DNA of 64,000 bases from Clostridia bacterium (GTDB lineage: Bacteria > Bacillota > Clostridia > UMGS1883): contig JAZRTB010000090.1 of the NCBI GenBank assembly GCA_045651805.1, forward strand, positions 13,295 to 77,294, given 5' to 3'. A program made the translations under genes and the position numbers. The notes under the pieces are model-generated. The model did no database searches and was not told the DNA's origin. It saw only the letters and a list, made by a program, of their open reading frames with translations. This document shows positions 29,814 to 39,808 of the stretch, piece after piece (the stretch's first letter is position 1; each line of letters starts with the position of its first letter).

Positions 29814-30683
29814 ATGCTTACTTACGAATTGAATTTTCTCAAATTACTTGAAAGTATAAGAAGTGATTTTCTTAACGGCTTGTTTGAAGCAATTACGATG
29901 CTTGGCGAAGAAACGCTTCTCATTGTGCTGATGGCTGTTGTTTATTTTATGTACGACAAAAACCTTGCCAAAAGAATGTTCTTTATTACGGCAATGTCGC
30001 TGTCCCTTAACTGCATCGTTAAAAACTTCGTTAAACGCCCACGACCTTTTACACGCGGTATTTCCTGCGTGAGGGAGGGAACTGCTACGGGATATTCTTT
30101 CCCAAGCGGTCACTCCCAGACCTTTGCCACGTGGAGTAATGGTTTTTCTTTTTATCTGAAAAACAAAAAATTACTTTGGATTACTGTAATTTTATCAATT
30201 CTTGTGGGATTTTCAAGAATGTACCTCGGTGCACATTACCCAAGCGATGTAATTGCAGGTCTGTTGTTCGGTCTGATATTTGCATATTTCGGAAACAAGC
30301 TTTATGATAAAGTTCAGAATAAGCATCTTTTATATACCGCTTTTCTACTTATTCTTACGCCATTCATAATATTATTTATGATAAAGCCCGACCCGATGTT
30401 TGAAGACTTCTTCAAGCTTTTCGGAATGCAGGCAGGCTTCACCCTTGCGGTAATATTTGAAGAAAAGGTTGTTAATCTTGAAAAAAGTTCAACTAATTGG
30501 AAAAACATTCTCCGCATCGTAATATGCGTAGTTCTTGCACTTGTAATCAAAGAAGTACTTAAAGCATTGTTTGTAACGGATATTCTCCGTCTGTCGCTTT
30601 TACTTGATGCAGTGCGGTATTTTGTGCTTGTATTTTTAATACTTGGAATTTGCCCTTGGGTATTTAAAAAAATTAAAATTTGA
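29814..30683 (+). CDS. PAP2-family phosphatase (membrane)
   Basis: KxxxxxxRP, PSGH and SR.....H...D motifs (KRPRP, SFPSGHS, SRMYLGAHYPSDV). Confidence 0.85.
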   Translation: MLTYELNFLKLLESIRSDFLNGLFEAITMLGEETLLIVLMAVVYFMYDKNLAKRMFFITAMSLSLNCIVKNFVKRPRPFTRGISCVREGTATGYSFPSGHSQTFATWSNGFSFYLKNKKLLWITVILSILVGFSRMYLGAHYPSDVIAGLLFGLIFAYFGNKLYDKVQNKHLLYTAFLLILTPFIILFMIKPDPMFEDFFKLFGMQAGFTLAVIFEEKVVNLEKSSTNWKNILRIVICVVLALVIKEVLKALFVTDILRLSLLLDAVRYFVLVFLILGICPWVFKKIKI

Positions 30684-30705
30684 GGACTGTAAGCGGCACG
30701 CTTCT

Positions 30706-32034
30706 TTAATACTTATATTTCTTTCTTAAAGTAACCACAAACATTACCGATACCGCTGCGGCAAGTGCCTCTGCCACGATTACAGATACCCATATGCCGT
30801 CTATTCCCCACCAAACAGGGAAAGAAAGCACGCATATAACCTGAAAAACAACGGTTCGCATAAATGATATAACTGCCGATACGGGGCCGTTATTAAGCGC
30901 TGTAAAAAACGACGAGCCAAATATTGCAAGCCCTGAAAACAAAAATGATACAGAATATATTCTGAAGCCATTCAGCGTCATAGCATAAAGCTCTTTATCA
31001 TATCCTGCGAAAATTTTTGAAAGTGGCTCTGAAAGAAGCTCCGAAAGGCACAGCATAATCACCGATGCTACGATATTGAATGTTATAAGCTTTTTTCTTA
31101 AATTCTTCATTTCACTATGGTTCTGTGCACCGTAGTGATAGCCTACAATCGGTGCCGAACCGTTCGCAAACCCAAAAAATATACCGATAAATATAAATCC
31201 CACATACATCATTATGCTGTACGCGGCAACTCCGTCTTCCCCTGCATACTTAAGAAGCTGTACATTGTAAAGAAGACCGAGGGACGATGTTGCAACACCG
31301 TTTACAAGCTCCGACATACCATTTGAGGCAGCTTTAAGGGTTGCCTTCATATCAAAGGCTGTTCTTCCAAGGCGGAGCTTGCTTGTGTTCTTGCGGAAAA
31401 AGTACAGAAGCGGAACACCGCCGCCCACAATCTGGCTTATGGCAGTTGCCCATGCCGCACCGACAAGTCCCCATCCTGCTACCGCAACGAAAAGGGCGTC
31501 AAGCACCATATTGGCAATTCCTGCAAGTAAAGTAACGTAAAGTCCGAGTTTTGGTCTTTCAGCCGTTACAAAGAATATCTGAAATAAAAACTGCAGGTTC
31601 CATAACGGCATCGAAACAAGAAGTATATTTCCGTATTCTACCGCTTGATTGAGCATTTCCCCCGTCGCACCAAGTGCCGACATAAGGGGTCTTAACAGAA
31701 ACACACCAAGCACCGAAAACAATACTCCGACGCCAAAAGACAGATAAACGAACAGCGAAAACAGGCTGTTCGCCTTTTCACTCTTCCCTTCGCCCATGGT
31801 TTTGGCAACAAGGGCACTTCCACCTGCACCGAACATATATCCGAATGTTGCCAGGATATTAAGAACCGGAAACACGAAATTTATTGCCGCAAGTGCAGTT
31901 TTTCCTGCATAATTGCTGACAAAAAGTCCATCTACAACTCCGTAAATTGAGGTAAAAACCATCATCACCATTGCAGGAAATGTAAATCTTAAAAGCTTTT
32001 TAAATGTAAAATGATCCGATAACTGAATTTTCAT
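30706..32034 (-). CDS. MATE-family efflux transporter
   Basis: 442 aa with 12 predicted TM helices and a MATE-typical N-terminus. Confidence 0.85.
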   Translation of the reverse strand: MKIQLSDHFTFKKLLRFTFPAMVMMVFTSIYGVVDGLFVSNYAGKTALAAINFVFPVLNILATFGYMFGAGGSALVAKTMGEGKSEKANSLFSLFVYLSFGVGVLFSVLGVFLLRPLMSALGATGEMLNQAVEYGNILLVSMPLWNLQFLFQIFFVTAERPKLGLYVTLLAGIANMVLDALFVAVAGWGLVGAAWATAISQIVGGGVPLLYFFRKNTSKLRLGRTAFDMKATLKAASNGMSELVNGVATSSLGLLYNVQLLKYAGEDGVAAYSIMMYVGFIFIGIFFGFANGSAPIVGYHYGAQNHSEMKNLRKKLITFNIVASVIMLCLSELLSEPLSKIFAGYDKELYAMTLNGFRIYSVSFLFSGLAIFGSSFFTALNNGPVSAVISFMRTVVFQVICVLSFPVWWGIDGIWVSVIVAEALAAAVSVMFVVTLRKKYKY

Positions 32035-32035
32035 A

Positions 32036-33079
32036 TTAAAGAGTAATATCCTCCATAACGCCGCCTAATGCTGCCGCCATTGAGTAAAATCCGAAATCGG
32101 TGGGATGACATCCGTCAACAGTACCTTCTCCGCCGCAAAGGGAGCAAAGCTCTTTCCCTGTCAGAAGATAGACATTTTCATCCCCTGCATCAAGGGCATT
32201 TTGGAAAGTAGTACTGATAATCTGAAGCCTTTCCTCTTCCTCCGGAGTGAGGTTATACTTTGGGCGTGACATCATTATTATGGGAAGTGTTGGATGCACC
32301 GCACGAATAGCCTTGAACATCTTTTCGTGAGTATTCTTAAGATGCTCCACAGAAGGGGCATTATGGTCATAATCATAAACAAACATTGACATATCAAGAT
32401 TTTTGATATAATCAATCATTTCATCCTCTGCTTTTGCATTTCCCGAAAATCCGAGGTTTATATAATCATAATTAAACCGTCTTGAAATGACATTCTGATA
32501 TATTCTTCCGGGACGGGATGAGCATCCCCCTTGAGTGATTGATGAGCCGTAATATACAATTGGCTTATTGTTTCTGTAAGGCTTCGGTTCCTCTACAGTC
32601 GAATCATCTGAAAGTCCGATATACAGATTATTGACATCATTATAGGAAGGGAAGTTAATTGTTATATCCCTCATTTTCCTATCGGGGAAGGTAAGTATGC
32701 TTTCATAACCGCCCTTGTCCTCCATCGGGGGACGGAAAGTGCCTACGTAATTATTTCCGTCATACAAATCAAATCCCGAGCTTCCCGTAAGTGCAAAATG
32801 CGAACCCCTGTACAGCTCCCCCATTTCTGCATGAATTGCTACAAAACTGCTGTCAGTTCTGAAACGCACCCTTCCTCCTGCAGTATGTGTGTGAAGTCCG
32901 TGCACGGCAAGGCTCACAGCTTTGGCAGCATCTTCAGGCATACGGCGGTATTTGCCGTTTTCTTTAAAAACGCCGTAAATTTTGAAAGGTTCATTCTCTA
33001 TATCATAAAACTTAACATCATCACGGTCTATCTCTGTCTGTATGGCAAAGTTTTTATCAATTAATGAAATATCGGGCAT
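32036..33079 (-). CDS. SGNH/GDSL-type hydrolase
   Basis: The YYGSSITQG block (catalytic Ser) and a C-terminal D..HP block. Confidence 0.7.
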   Translation of the reverse strand: MPDISLIDKNFAIQTEIDRDDVKFYDIENEPFKIYGVFKENGKYRRMPEDAAKAVSLAVHGLHTHTAGGRVRFRTDSSFVAIHAEMGELYRGSHFALTGSSGFDLYDGNNYVGTFRPPMEDKGGYESILTFPDRKMRDITINFPSYNDVNNLYIGLSDDSTVEEPKPYRNNKPIVYYGSSITQGGCSSRPGRIYQNVISRRFNYDYINLGFSGNAKAEDEMIDYIKNLDMSMFVYDYDHNAPSVEHLKNTHEKMFKAIRAVHPTLPIIMMSRPKYNLTPEEEERLQIISTTFQNALDAGDENVYLLTGKELCSLCGGEGTVDGCHPTDFGFYSMAAALGGVMEDITL

Positions 33080-33093
33080 AGTAATTCTCCTTA

Positions 33094-33468
33094 TCAGAAT
33101 TTTCCGTCTTTAAGTGCTTCAAGCATAATTTTTGCACTGCTTACGTTTGTTGCAAGGGGGATTTTCTGTACGTCACAAAGTCTTAAAAGTGCTGACACGT
33201 CAGGCTCGTGAGGCTGTGCAGTAAGCGGGTCACGAAGGAAGATTATAAGGTCAAGTTCCCCATTTGCAAGCATTGCACCAATCTGCTGGTCACCGCCGAG
33301 GGGACCGCTTTTAAGACGGCATATATCAAGCTTTGTTTCGCCCATAATCATTGTACCTGTTGTGCCTGTTGCAAAAAGCTCATGCTCTGCAAGAACATCC
33401 TTATAAGTTTTTGCAATATCAATTATTTCCTGTTTTTTCTTATCGTGTGCTATCAAAGCAATTTTCAT
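33094..33468 (-). CDS. mgsA: Methylglyoxal synthase
   Basis: The start is trimmed to 33468 ([12 protein letters not shown]; GGAGG RBS). [11 protein letters not shown] motif. Confidence 0.9.
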   Translation of the reverse strand: MKIALIAHDKKKQEIIDIAKTYKDVLAEHELFATGTTGTMIMGETKLDICRLKSGPLGGDQQIGAMLANGELDLIIFLRDPLTAQPHEPDVSALLRLCDVQKIPLATNVSSAKIMLEALKDGKF

Positions 33469-33538
33469 ATGTAAAACCTCCAAACTTTATATTAATTTTA
33501 TTATATATTACAAAGAGTTAAAAAGCAACAGGAAACCA

Positions 33539-34213
33539 TTAATTTTCCTGTTGCCTTTTACCCATCCTCCGCCAATTTATAAACCCATATATGTCATTCA
33601 CTAAAAAAGCCGCAAAGCAAGCCAACACCGATACGTACTTTGTATCCTCCAGAGATGCCATCGTCCATAACACTATTAAAACAACATCATTGAATGCGTA
33701 TGCGACTGCATAGTAAGGGCTGCGTCTGAAAGTAAGATACACTGCAACAAAGCTGGTTGTTACAGAAAGCGTGCTGACAACAAGATTTGCAGTATTAAAA
33801 TACTTCAGTATAAAATAGAATACCCCTGTCAGCACTACTGCCAATGACCACATAACAAGATGGTCTGTCAGCGTGATTTTTCTTACTTCAACCTCGCTTT
33901 TATTTCCCTTATACGGATGACGAATCCACTCCACAAGTGCAATTATCGCCATAGGGAGCGTCATTCCCACATAGGTTGCTACTTCACCATAATATCTGCA
34001 GGCATACGATATGACGCCGTAAAGCAAGCTGAATAATATTATCAGCACCTGCCCGAAAGGATTTCCCTTCGCGCAGTAAATAAGAGACGTCACACCGATT
34101 AACGATGCTATTAAATTAATATAACTTCCTCTGTCAAAAAACAGAAATGACAAGGTAATAAGAAGTACCGAGCCAAGCCATATTCCTTTTTCTGTTTTTG
34201 TAAAATAATTCAT
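33539..34213 (-). CDS. pnuC: Nicotinamide riboside transporter PnuC-family
   Basis: 224 aa, 7-TM pattern, W..N....W-type C-terminus. ATGA overlap with the upstream Crp/Fnr gene. Confidence 0.75.
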   Translation of the reverse strand: MNYFTKTEKGIWLGSVLLITLSFLFFDRGSYINLIASLIGVTSLIYCAKGNPFGQVLIILFSLLYGVISYACRYYGEVATYVGMTLPMAIIALVEWIRHPYKGNKSEVEVRKITLTDHLVMWSLAVVLTGVFYFILKYFNTANLVVSTLSVTTSFVAVYLTFRRSPYYAVAYAFNDVVLIVLWTMASLEDTKYVSVLACFAAFLVNDIYGFINWRRMGKRQQEN

Positions 34214-34881
34214 AACCCTTCTCCTAACAGCCGAAACCGATTTTTCTCAAATTCAATAAGCCCCTCGCTACGCATTTTCGAAAGCTCATTTGACATAGAG
34301 CTTCTGTCAACAGACAAGTAATCTGCAAGTTGCTGGCGATTAAAAGGAATTTCAAAAATCGAGGAGTTGTTTTTTGCCGCCTCGTCAGAAAGATAAGAAA
34401 GAAGCTTCTCCCTCGTGGTGCGTTGAGCCATATGGACAAGTTTTCCAACGAGTTTACGATTTTTCTCGCTTATAACAAAAAACAGATTCTGCACTACCAT
34501 ACAATGAAATTTGCAGGTGTTGGAACATGACGTCAGCATCTTTTTTAATTCGAAAAAGATTACCATACTGTCCTCTGCCGCCACAACATCATTAATCACC
34601 GGAGTGCTTTGCTTGGCATTATATGACTCTCCAAATATTTCCCCTGCTTCAATTATGTTTATAATACTCCTATTGCCCCAGTAATCGTCACGTTGTATAT
34701 GGAGTTTTCCCGACAGGAGAACACTGACACAGTCAATGTTTTCACCCTGACGCAAAACGTATTCACCCTTATTATATGATTTAACCTCTGCCTGCAGACA
34801 ATTAAGGAGGGCTGATATATCTTCTTCGCCTATTCCGGCAAATAGCTTTGTTCTTTTTAAAGCAGAAATATATTTTTCCAT
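34210..34881 (-). CDS. Crp/Fnr-family transcriptional regulator
   Basis: cNMP-binding-like N-terminal domain and a C-terminal HTH (RQQLADYLSVDRSSMSNELSKM). Confidence 0.8.
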   Translation of the reverse strand: MEKYISALKRTKLFAGIGEEDISALLNCLQAEVKSYNKGEYVLRQGENIDCVSVLLSGKLHIQRDDYWGNRSIINIIEAGEIFGESYNAKQSTPVINDVVAAEDSMVIFFELKKMLTSCSNTCKFHCMVVQNLFFVISEKNRKLVGKLVHMAQRTTREKLLSYLSDEAAKNNSSIFEIPFNRQQLADYLSVDRSSMSNELSKMRSEGLIEFEKNRFRLLGEGL

Positions 34882-34969
34882 GAAAATTCTCCTTTCGTTG
34901 TAAAAACAACAGACTTGTTGTCTTTATTGTATTATAATGACCACAGAAAGTCAAGAGGAGGATTAATTT

Positions 34970-35662
34970 ATGATAAGAAAAATAATCAAAATTAATGAAG
35001 ATAAATGTAATGGTTGCGGTCTCTGTGCAAAGGCTTGCCACGAGGGTGCAATCGGAATCGTTGACGGTAAGGCAAAGCTTCTTCGTGAGGATTACTGCGA
35101 CGGACTGGGAGATTGTCTTCCTTCCTGTCCTACAGGCGCAATTACCTTTGAAGAACGTGAAGCACTCGCCTATGACGAGGCGGCTGTAAAAAAGGCACAG
35201 GCAGAAAAATCACCGCTTCCCTGCGGTTGTCCCGGAACAAATTCCAAGTCTATTAAAAGAGATGCTGCGACTGATACAAGCAGTGATATAAAACCCATAA
35301 GCCGCCTTTCCCAGTGGCCGGTACAAATTAAACTTGTACCCGTGAATGCACCGTATTTTGACGCAGCAAATCTTTTAGTTGCTGCTGACTGTACAGCGTA
35401 TGCTTATGCAAATTTCCACAATGATTTTATAAAGAATAAAATCACTCTTATCGGTTGTCCGAAGCTTGACAGTGTTGATTACGCCGAAAAGCTTACACAG
35501 ATAATCGCAAATAACGATATTAAAAGCGTGACAGTTGTCCGTATGGAAGTGCCTTGTTGCGGAGGAATTGAAAATGCCGTAAAAACCGCACTTATGGAAA
35601 GTGGCAAATTTATTCCGTGGAATGTGGTTACTATCAGCACAGACGGTAGAATCCCGGAATAA
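34970..35662 (+). CDS. 4Fe-4S dicluster domain protein
   Basis: CNGCGLCAKAC and CDGLGDCLPSCP cluster motifs. Confidence 0.7.
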   Translation: MIRKIIKINEDKCNGCGLCAKACHEGAIGIVDGKAKLLREDYCDGLGDCLPSCPTGAITFEEREALAYDEAAVKKAQAEKSPLPCGCPGTNSKSIKRDAATDTSSDIKPISRLSQWPVQIKLVPVNAPYFDAANLLVAADCTAYAYANFHNDFIKNKITLIGCPKLDSVDYAEKLTQIIANNDIKSVTVVRMEVPCCGGIENAVKTALMESGKFIPWNVVTISTDGRIPE

Positions 35663-35729
35663 AAGATTATTGATTTTTTTCGCAGAACGAAGTATACTAT
35701 AATAAAGTTTATATTGCGAGGTAAAGAAA

Positions 35730-35933
35730 ATGGCAGTAAGATTAAACGAAGATAAAGAAGTTGTTAAATCAATTAAAGAAGGTCTTAAGGAAAAAGGCGG
35801 ATATTGCCCTTGTAAATTAGGAAAGCTTGAAGAAAACAAATGTATGTGCGAAGAATTTAAAGCACAGATTGCAGACCCTGATTTTGAGGGATACTGTCAT
35901 TGTATGTTGTACTATAAATCCAAGGAGGCGTAA
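35730..35933 (+). CDS. Ferredoxin:thioredoxin-reductase catalytic-subunit-like small protein
   Basis: CPC...CMC...CHC cysteine pattern; 67 aa; immediately upstream of trxA. Confidence 0.6.
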   Translation: MAVRLNEDKEVVKSIKEGLKEKGGYCPCKLGKLEENKCMCEEFKAQIADPDFEGYCHCMLYYKSKEA

Positions 35934-35936
35934 ATT

Positions 35937-36245
35937 ATGTCAGTTTTAAAGATTAACAAAGATAATTTTGAAGAAGTTGTATTGAAAAGCGAAAAAGCTG
36001 TTCTCATTGACTTCTATGCAGACTGGTGCGGTCCCTGTAAGATGATAGCACCGTTCGTGGCAGAAATTGCAGAGGAAAATCCCGATGTGGTTGTAGGTAA
36101 AATCAATGTTGATGAAGAACCCGAGCTTGCGATTAAGTTCGGAGTGCAAAGTATTCCGGCATTGTTTGTAGTAAAGGACGGAAAAGTTAAGGACAGCGCA
36201 ATAGGTTTCAAACCAAAAGAGGTACTTCTTGAAATGCTGAAATAG
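35937..36245 (+). CDS. trxA: Thioredoxin
   Basis: WCGPC active site; 102 aa. Confidence 0.93.
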   Translation: MSVLKINKDNFEEVVLKSEKAVLIDFYADWCGPCKMIAPFVAEIAEENPDVVVGKINVDEEPELAIKFGVQSIPALFVVKDGKVKDSAIGFKPKEVLLEMLK

Positions 36246-36254
36246 TAAAAAAGA

Positions 36255-36279
36255 ACTCGCCAATCGGCGAGTCCTTTTT
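36255..36279. terminator. Bidirectional terminator (trxA / queH)
   Basis: ACTCGCC-aatc-GGCGAGT flanked by an A-run and a T-run. Confidence 0.75.
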
Positions 36280-36893
36280 CATTCCGCATTCTCTTTGGAG
36301 TACTTACATCCGCAGTAGCTTTGTCTGTACAGATTATAAACCTTTGAAAGCTCGCAGGAGCGTTTGTATCCCTCTTCCTTTTTAAAGTCGGAGCAAAGGT
36401 ACTTCATATCATACTTTTCGCCAAGTTCAAGTCCGATTTCATTAAGCCATTGTGCATTTTTATGGGGACTTATTGAAAGAGTTGTGGTCACATACTGAAA
36501 TCCGTTTTCCTTCGCATAAGAAACAGATTTTTCAAGGCGCAGTTTATAGCATTTATAGCACCTTGCACCGCCTTCGGGGAGTGTTTCCATACCCTTGGCA
36601 ATAGCTTCAAATTCTTCGTTATTATAGTCAGGGGTGACAATATTCATCCCGTCAAGATTCATTTCAGATACGAGCCTTCCTAATTCATCAAGTCTGAAAA
36701 CGAACTCGTTTTCAGGGGAAATATTGGGGTTATAAAAAAACAGAGTTACATCAAAAATCTCGCTTATTTTTTCAAGCACAGCACTTGAACAGGGGGCACA
36801 GCAGGCATGAAGAAGAAGTGAAGGCTTCTTTCCGTTTTCTTTGATTTTCTTTAATTCTTCATCGTATATTTTTTTGTAGTTTACTTTGTTCAT
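36279..36893 (-). CDS. queH: Epoxyqueuosine reductase QueH (DUF208)
   Basis: LLHACCAPCS motif and C-terminal CGC. The start is trimmed to ATG 36893 (AAGGTG RBS). Confidence 0.8.
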   Translation of the reverse strand: MNKVNYKKIYDEELKKIKENGKKPSLLLHACCAPCSSAVLEKISEIFDVTLFFYNPNISPENEFVFRLDELGRLVSEMNLDGMNIVTPDYNNEEFEAIAKGMETLPEGGARCYKCYKLRLEKSVSYAKENGFQYVTTTLSISPHKNAQWLNEIGLELGEKYDMKYLCSDFKKEEGYKRSCELSKVYNLYRQSYCGCKYSKENAE

Positions 36894-36897
36894 ATTA

Positions 36898-37566
36898 TCA
36901 CCTTTTATACTGACGCAAAATCTGTTTTTCTTCATCTGTTATGCGGAAGCTTTCAATCGCTTTCTGAATAGTTTTATTATGCACCCATACATGCAATTTA
37001 TTTTCTGTTATATATGAAAATGCACTTTCCCATTGTTTTGCAAGGGCAGTTGCAAAATACCACGCCTGCATCATTTTTATATAGTATTCGTCGCTTTGTA
37101 CCGATGCCACCAACGCGGGGTAAGCTTCTTCAAAAGCTTCATCGAGGAAATACACCATCAGCATTTCCATAGCAAAGCGGACTGTATAAGTATGACTTGA
37201 TTTCAGCCACTTTTCAATATAAGAAAGCAGTTTAACCGCGTTTTTCTTAAAGCATTTCGGTCTTAATCCGTCGCAGGTTGCCCAGTTATCAATGTGCGGG
37301 AGAAACTTTTCAATTTCTTCCATACATTCATCGAAATTCTTGATTTCCGCTATAAAAAATGCGTGAAGATTGTTTTCCTCATAATATTTATGGGGAAGCT
37401 TTTTTATAAAATTCTTTTGAATTTCACTGCCGTAATATTCTTTTGCAATCTTTTTCAGAACGGGTGTCCTCACCCCTATTACCTTATCGGAATTGACAGT
37501 CGGCATCAGCTTTTCGTGAAATGCTTTGTATTTTAAATCCCGATATGAGAAAAGTATGTCTTTCAT
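36898..37566 (-). CDS. DNA alkylation repair (HEAT-like repeat) protein
   Basis: The start is trimmed to ATG 37566 (MKDILFSYRDLKYKAFHEKL). The 222-aa length and pattern fit that family. The longer track ORF crosses a terminator. Confidence 0.65.
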   Translation of the reverse strand: MKDILFSYRDLKYKAFHEKLMPTVNSDKVIGVRTPVLKKIAKEYYGSEIQKNFIKKLPHKYYEENNLHAFFIAEIKNFDECMEEIEKFLPHIDNWATCDGLRPKCFKKNAVKLLSYIEKWLKSSHTYTVRFAMEMLMVYFLDEAFEEAYPALVASVQSDEYYIKMMQAWYFATALAKQWESAFSYITENKLHVWVHNKTIQKAIESFRITDEEKQILRQYKR

Positions 37567-37591
37567 AAAACCACCAATTAAAGTATAACAC

Positions 37592-37618
37592 AAAGAGGTT
37601 GCCATTGGCAACCTCTTT
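37592..37618 (-). terminator. Terminator of the feo operon
   Basis: 12-bp stem AAGAGGTTGCC.../...GGCAACCTCTT followed by a moderately T-rich tail. Confidence 0.6.
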
Positions 37619-37621
37619 TGT

Positions 37622-37783
37622 TCAATGTCTGTTATTCGGACTGCAACTCTGTTCGCAATCGGAGCATTTTCCGGGACAACCAATACACTTACGCCCCTTC
37701 TTCTTCGCTCTGTAAATATAAAGTACTGCCAGACCAACTATCAGAATCACCGCTATTGCAATTATCAAATCTACTGAAATCAT
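37622..37783 (-). CDS. FeoB-associated Cys-rich membrane protein (53 aa; missed by the ORF track)
   Basis: My own translation is MISVDLIIAIAVILIVGLAVLYIYRAKKKGRKCIGCPGKCSDCEQSCSPNNRH. The start overlaps the feoB stop as ATGA. Confidence 0.75.
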   Translation of the reverse strand: MISVDLIIAIAVILIVGLAVLYIYRAKKKGRKCIGCPGKCSDCEQSCSPNNRH

Positions 37784-39732
37784 ACTTTTTTACCTCCTTT
37801 GTCCGCTTTAACACAAAGAACTGCCATAATTGCCGCAATTACGAGAATTGCTATAAGTCCGGGGATAAAACCCGCACCAAGACTTCCCGACATAATAAGA
37901 GTACCAATCTGATATGTAAGGAAACCTATTGTAAATCCTACAGAAAGCTGAAGTCCAATACCTGCAAAAAGCCACTTTTTACTGCCAAGTTCGGCATTCA
38001 TAGCACCGATTGCCGCAAAGCAAGGGGGCGTGAAAAGATTGAACATCATATAGCTGAGTGCCGCCGCTGCTGTGAGACCCGTTGCAGAAGCAAGAGCCAC
38101 ACCACCGATTTCCTCCACATTGGCAAGAGCGTAGAGTGTGGCAACCGTTCCGACTACGTTCTCTTTAGCAATAAAGCCTGTAATCGCACTTGCCACCAAT
38201 CTCCAGGATGCAAAGCCTACAATGGGAAGCACAATCCAGTCAATGGGACCGCATATGGATGCAAGAATAGAATTGCTTCCGTCGGCAAGAGCCGGCTTAA
38301 GTGAAAGAGTGAACGAGCCGATTACAGTAATCGCCACGTTACATACGAGAATAATTGTACCTGCCTTTACTATGTACGACCATCCACGGCTGAACATGGA
38401 CTGAACCGCACGCCACAAAGACGGAATTTTATATTCGGGAAGTTCAATAATGAAGAACGACTTCTTTTTCGCACCTGTTATTTTTCTTATTAAGAGTGCA
38501 CAAAGAAGAATAATTATAATACCAACAAAATACATTGCCGTTCCTACCCATGCACTATTGGGGAAAAATGCCCCTACAAAAAGTGAAATTACAGGAAGCT
38601 TTGCACCGCAGGGCATAAATGGTGCAATCATAGCCGTTGCACGTCTCTCCCTCTCGTCACGAATTGTACGGCAAGCCATAACACCGGGAATTGCACAACC
38701 TGTACCAACCACAAAAGGAATTACAGACTTTCCCGAAAGGCCAACCTTTTTGAAAATCGGGTCAAGCACAACTGTTGCACGTGCCATATAACCGCAATCC
38801 TCAAGAAGTGCAATCATAAAGTACATAATCATTACAAGGGGCAGGAAGCTTACAACAGCGCCCACGCCGTCAACAATGGCACTTGAAACAAGAGATTTGA
38901 GGAATTCATTACTTGCCCCTGCCATCCAGCCGTCAACAACAACGCCTAATTTTTCAATCCATCCTACAAGAAGTTCCGAAAGCATCGGTCCGAGCCACGC
39001 CTGGGACACCCAGAACACAAGCCACATAACAAATGCAAAAAGCGGAATGCCAAGCCATTTATTTATAATAATTGCATCAAGCTTATCCTGTGCATTCTTC
39101 TCATTTGTGCGTACTTTTCTTTTTTCAACGGCTTTAACAATTTCGTTTACGAAATCAAAACGACGTCTGTCCGCTTCCATAGCCGCCTGCTTGTCGGAAA
39201 TATCGGTATTTCCGTCTGTGTAAGGAGCATTCTGACTGCTACCGACAGCGTTTATCGCGGCAGTCACAACCTCTTTCACGCCAACAGAGGATGAGCAAAC
39301 TGTTTTTATTACAGGACAACCGAGCTTTTCGGAAAGAAGCTTTTCATCGATTTTTGTCTTTCTCTTATCGTTAATATCCGTCTTATTAAGAGCAACCACA
39401 ACAGGTATTCCAAGTTCCATAAGCTGAGTTGTGAAAAAAAGGCTTCTGCTTAAGTTTGTGGCATCTACGATATTGATGATTGCATCAAGATGCGAATTTT
39501 TCACATAGTCGCTTGTAACACTCTCCTCCGACGTAAAGGGCGACATAGAATATGCACCCGGAAGGTCAACGGCAATCAGCGTTTCGCCATTGTACAAGCT
39601 TTTTTTAACGGGAGCCTGTATTTTATCAACAGTAACACCTGCCCAGTTACCCACCTTTTCACTACGACCGGTAAGAGCATTGTACATTGTCGTTTTACCG
39701 CTGTTGGGATTACCCGCTAATGCTATTTTCAT
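37780..39732 (-). CDS. feoB: Ferrous iron transporter FeoB
   Basis: 650 aa. N-terminal G-domain GNPNSGKTT, DLPG, and NKTD, followed by a polytopic membrane domain. Confidence 0.95.
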   Translation of the reverse strand: MKIALAGNPNSGKTTMYNALTGRSEKVGNWAGVTVDKIQAPVKKSLYNGETLIAVDLPGAYSMSPFTSEESVTSDYVKNSHLDAIINIVDATNLSRSLFFTTQLMELGIPVVVALNKTDINDKRKTKIDEKLLSEKLGCPVIKTVCSSSVGVKEVVTAAINAVGSSQNAPYTDGNTDISDKQAAMEADRRRFDFVNEIVKAVEKRKVRTNEKNAQDKLDAIIINKWLGIPLFAFVMWLVFWVSQAWLGPMLSELLVGWIEKLGVVVDGWMAGASNEFLKSLVSSAIVDGVGAVVSFLPLVMIMYFMIALLEDCGYMARATVVLDPIFKKVGLSGKSVIPFVVGTGCAIPGVMACRTIRDERERRATAMIAPFMPCGAKLPVISLFVGAFFPNSAWVGTAMYFVGIIIILLCALLIRKITGAKKKSFFIIELPEYKIPSLWRAVQSMFSRGWSYIVKAGTIILVCNVAITVIGSFTLSLKPALADGSNSILASICGPIDWIVLPIVGFASWRLVASAITGFIAKENVVGTVATLYALANVEEIGGVALASATGLTAAAALSYMMFNLFTPPCFAAIGAMNAELGSKKWLFAGIGLQLSVGFTIGFLTYQIGTLIMSGSLGAGFIPGLIAILVIAAIMAVLCVKADKGGKKV

Positions 39733-39748
39733 AGGGATTCCTCCTTTC

Positions 39749-39766
39749 GGTTAGCCAGAGCTAACC
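39749..39766. promoter_or_regulatory. Palindrome GGTTAGC-caga-GCTAACC (copy 3) between feoA and feoB
   Basis: 7-4-7 perfect inverted repeat, related to the copies at 40046-40061 and 40081-40096. Confidence 0.5.
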
Positions 39767-39808
39767 AAATTCCAAAACTAACCGGCAGACATGGTCTGCC
39801 GAAAAAAA

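Noticed and set aside
37618-39720. Track ORFs on the + strand inside feoB (for example 37618-38304, 38450-38791, 38876-39223)
   Set aside because: They are antisense to the well-supported feoB frame, with no RBS and compositionally biased translations.
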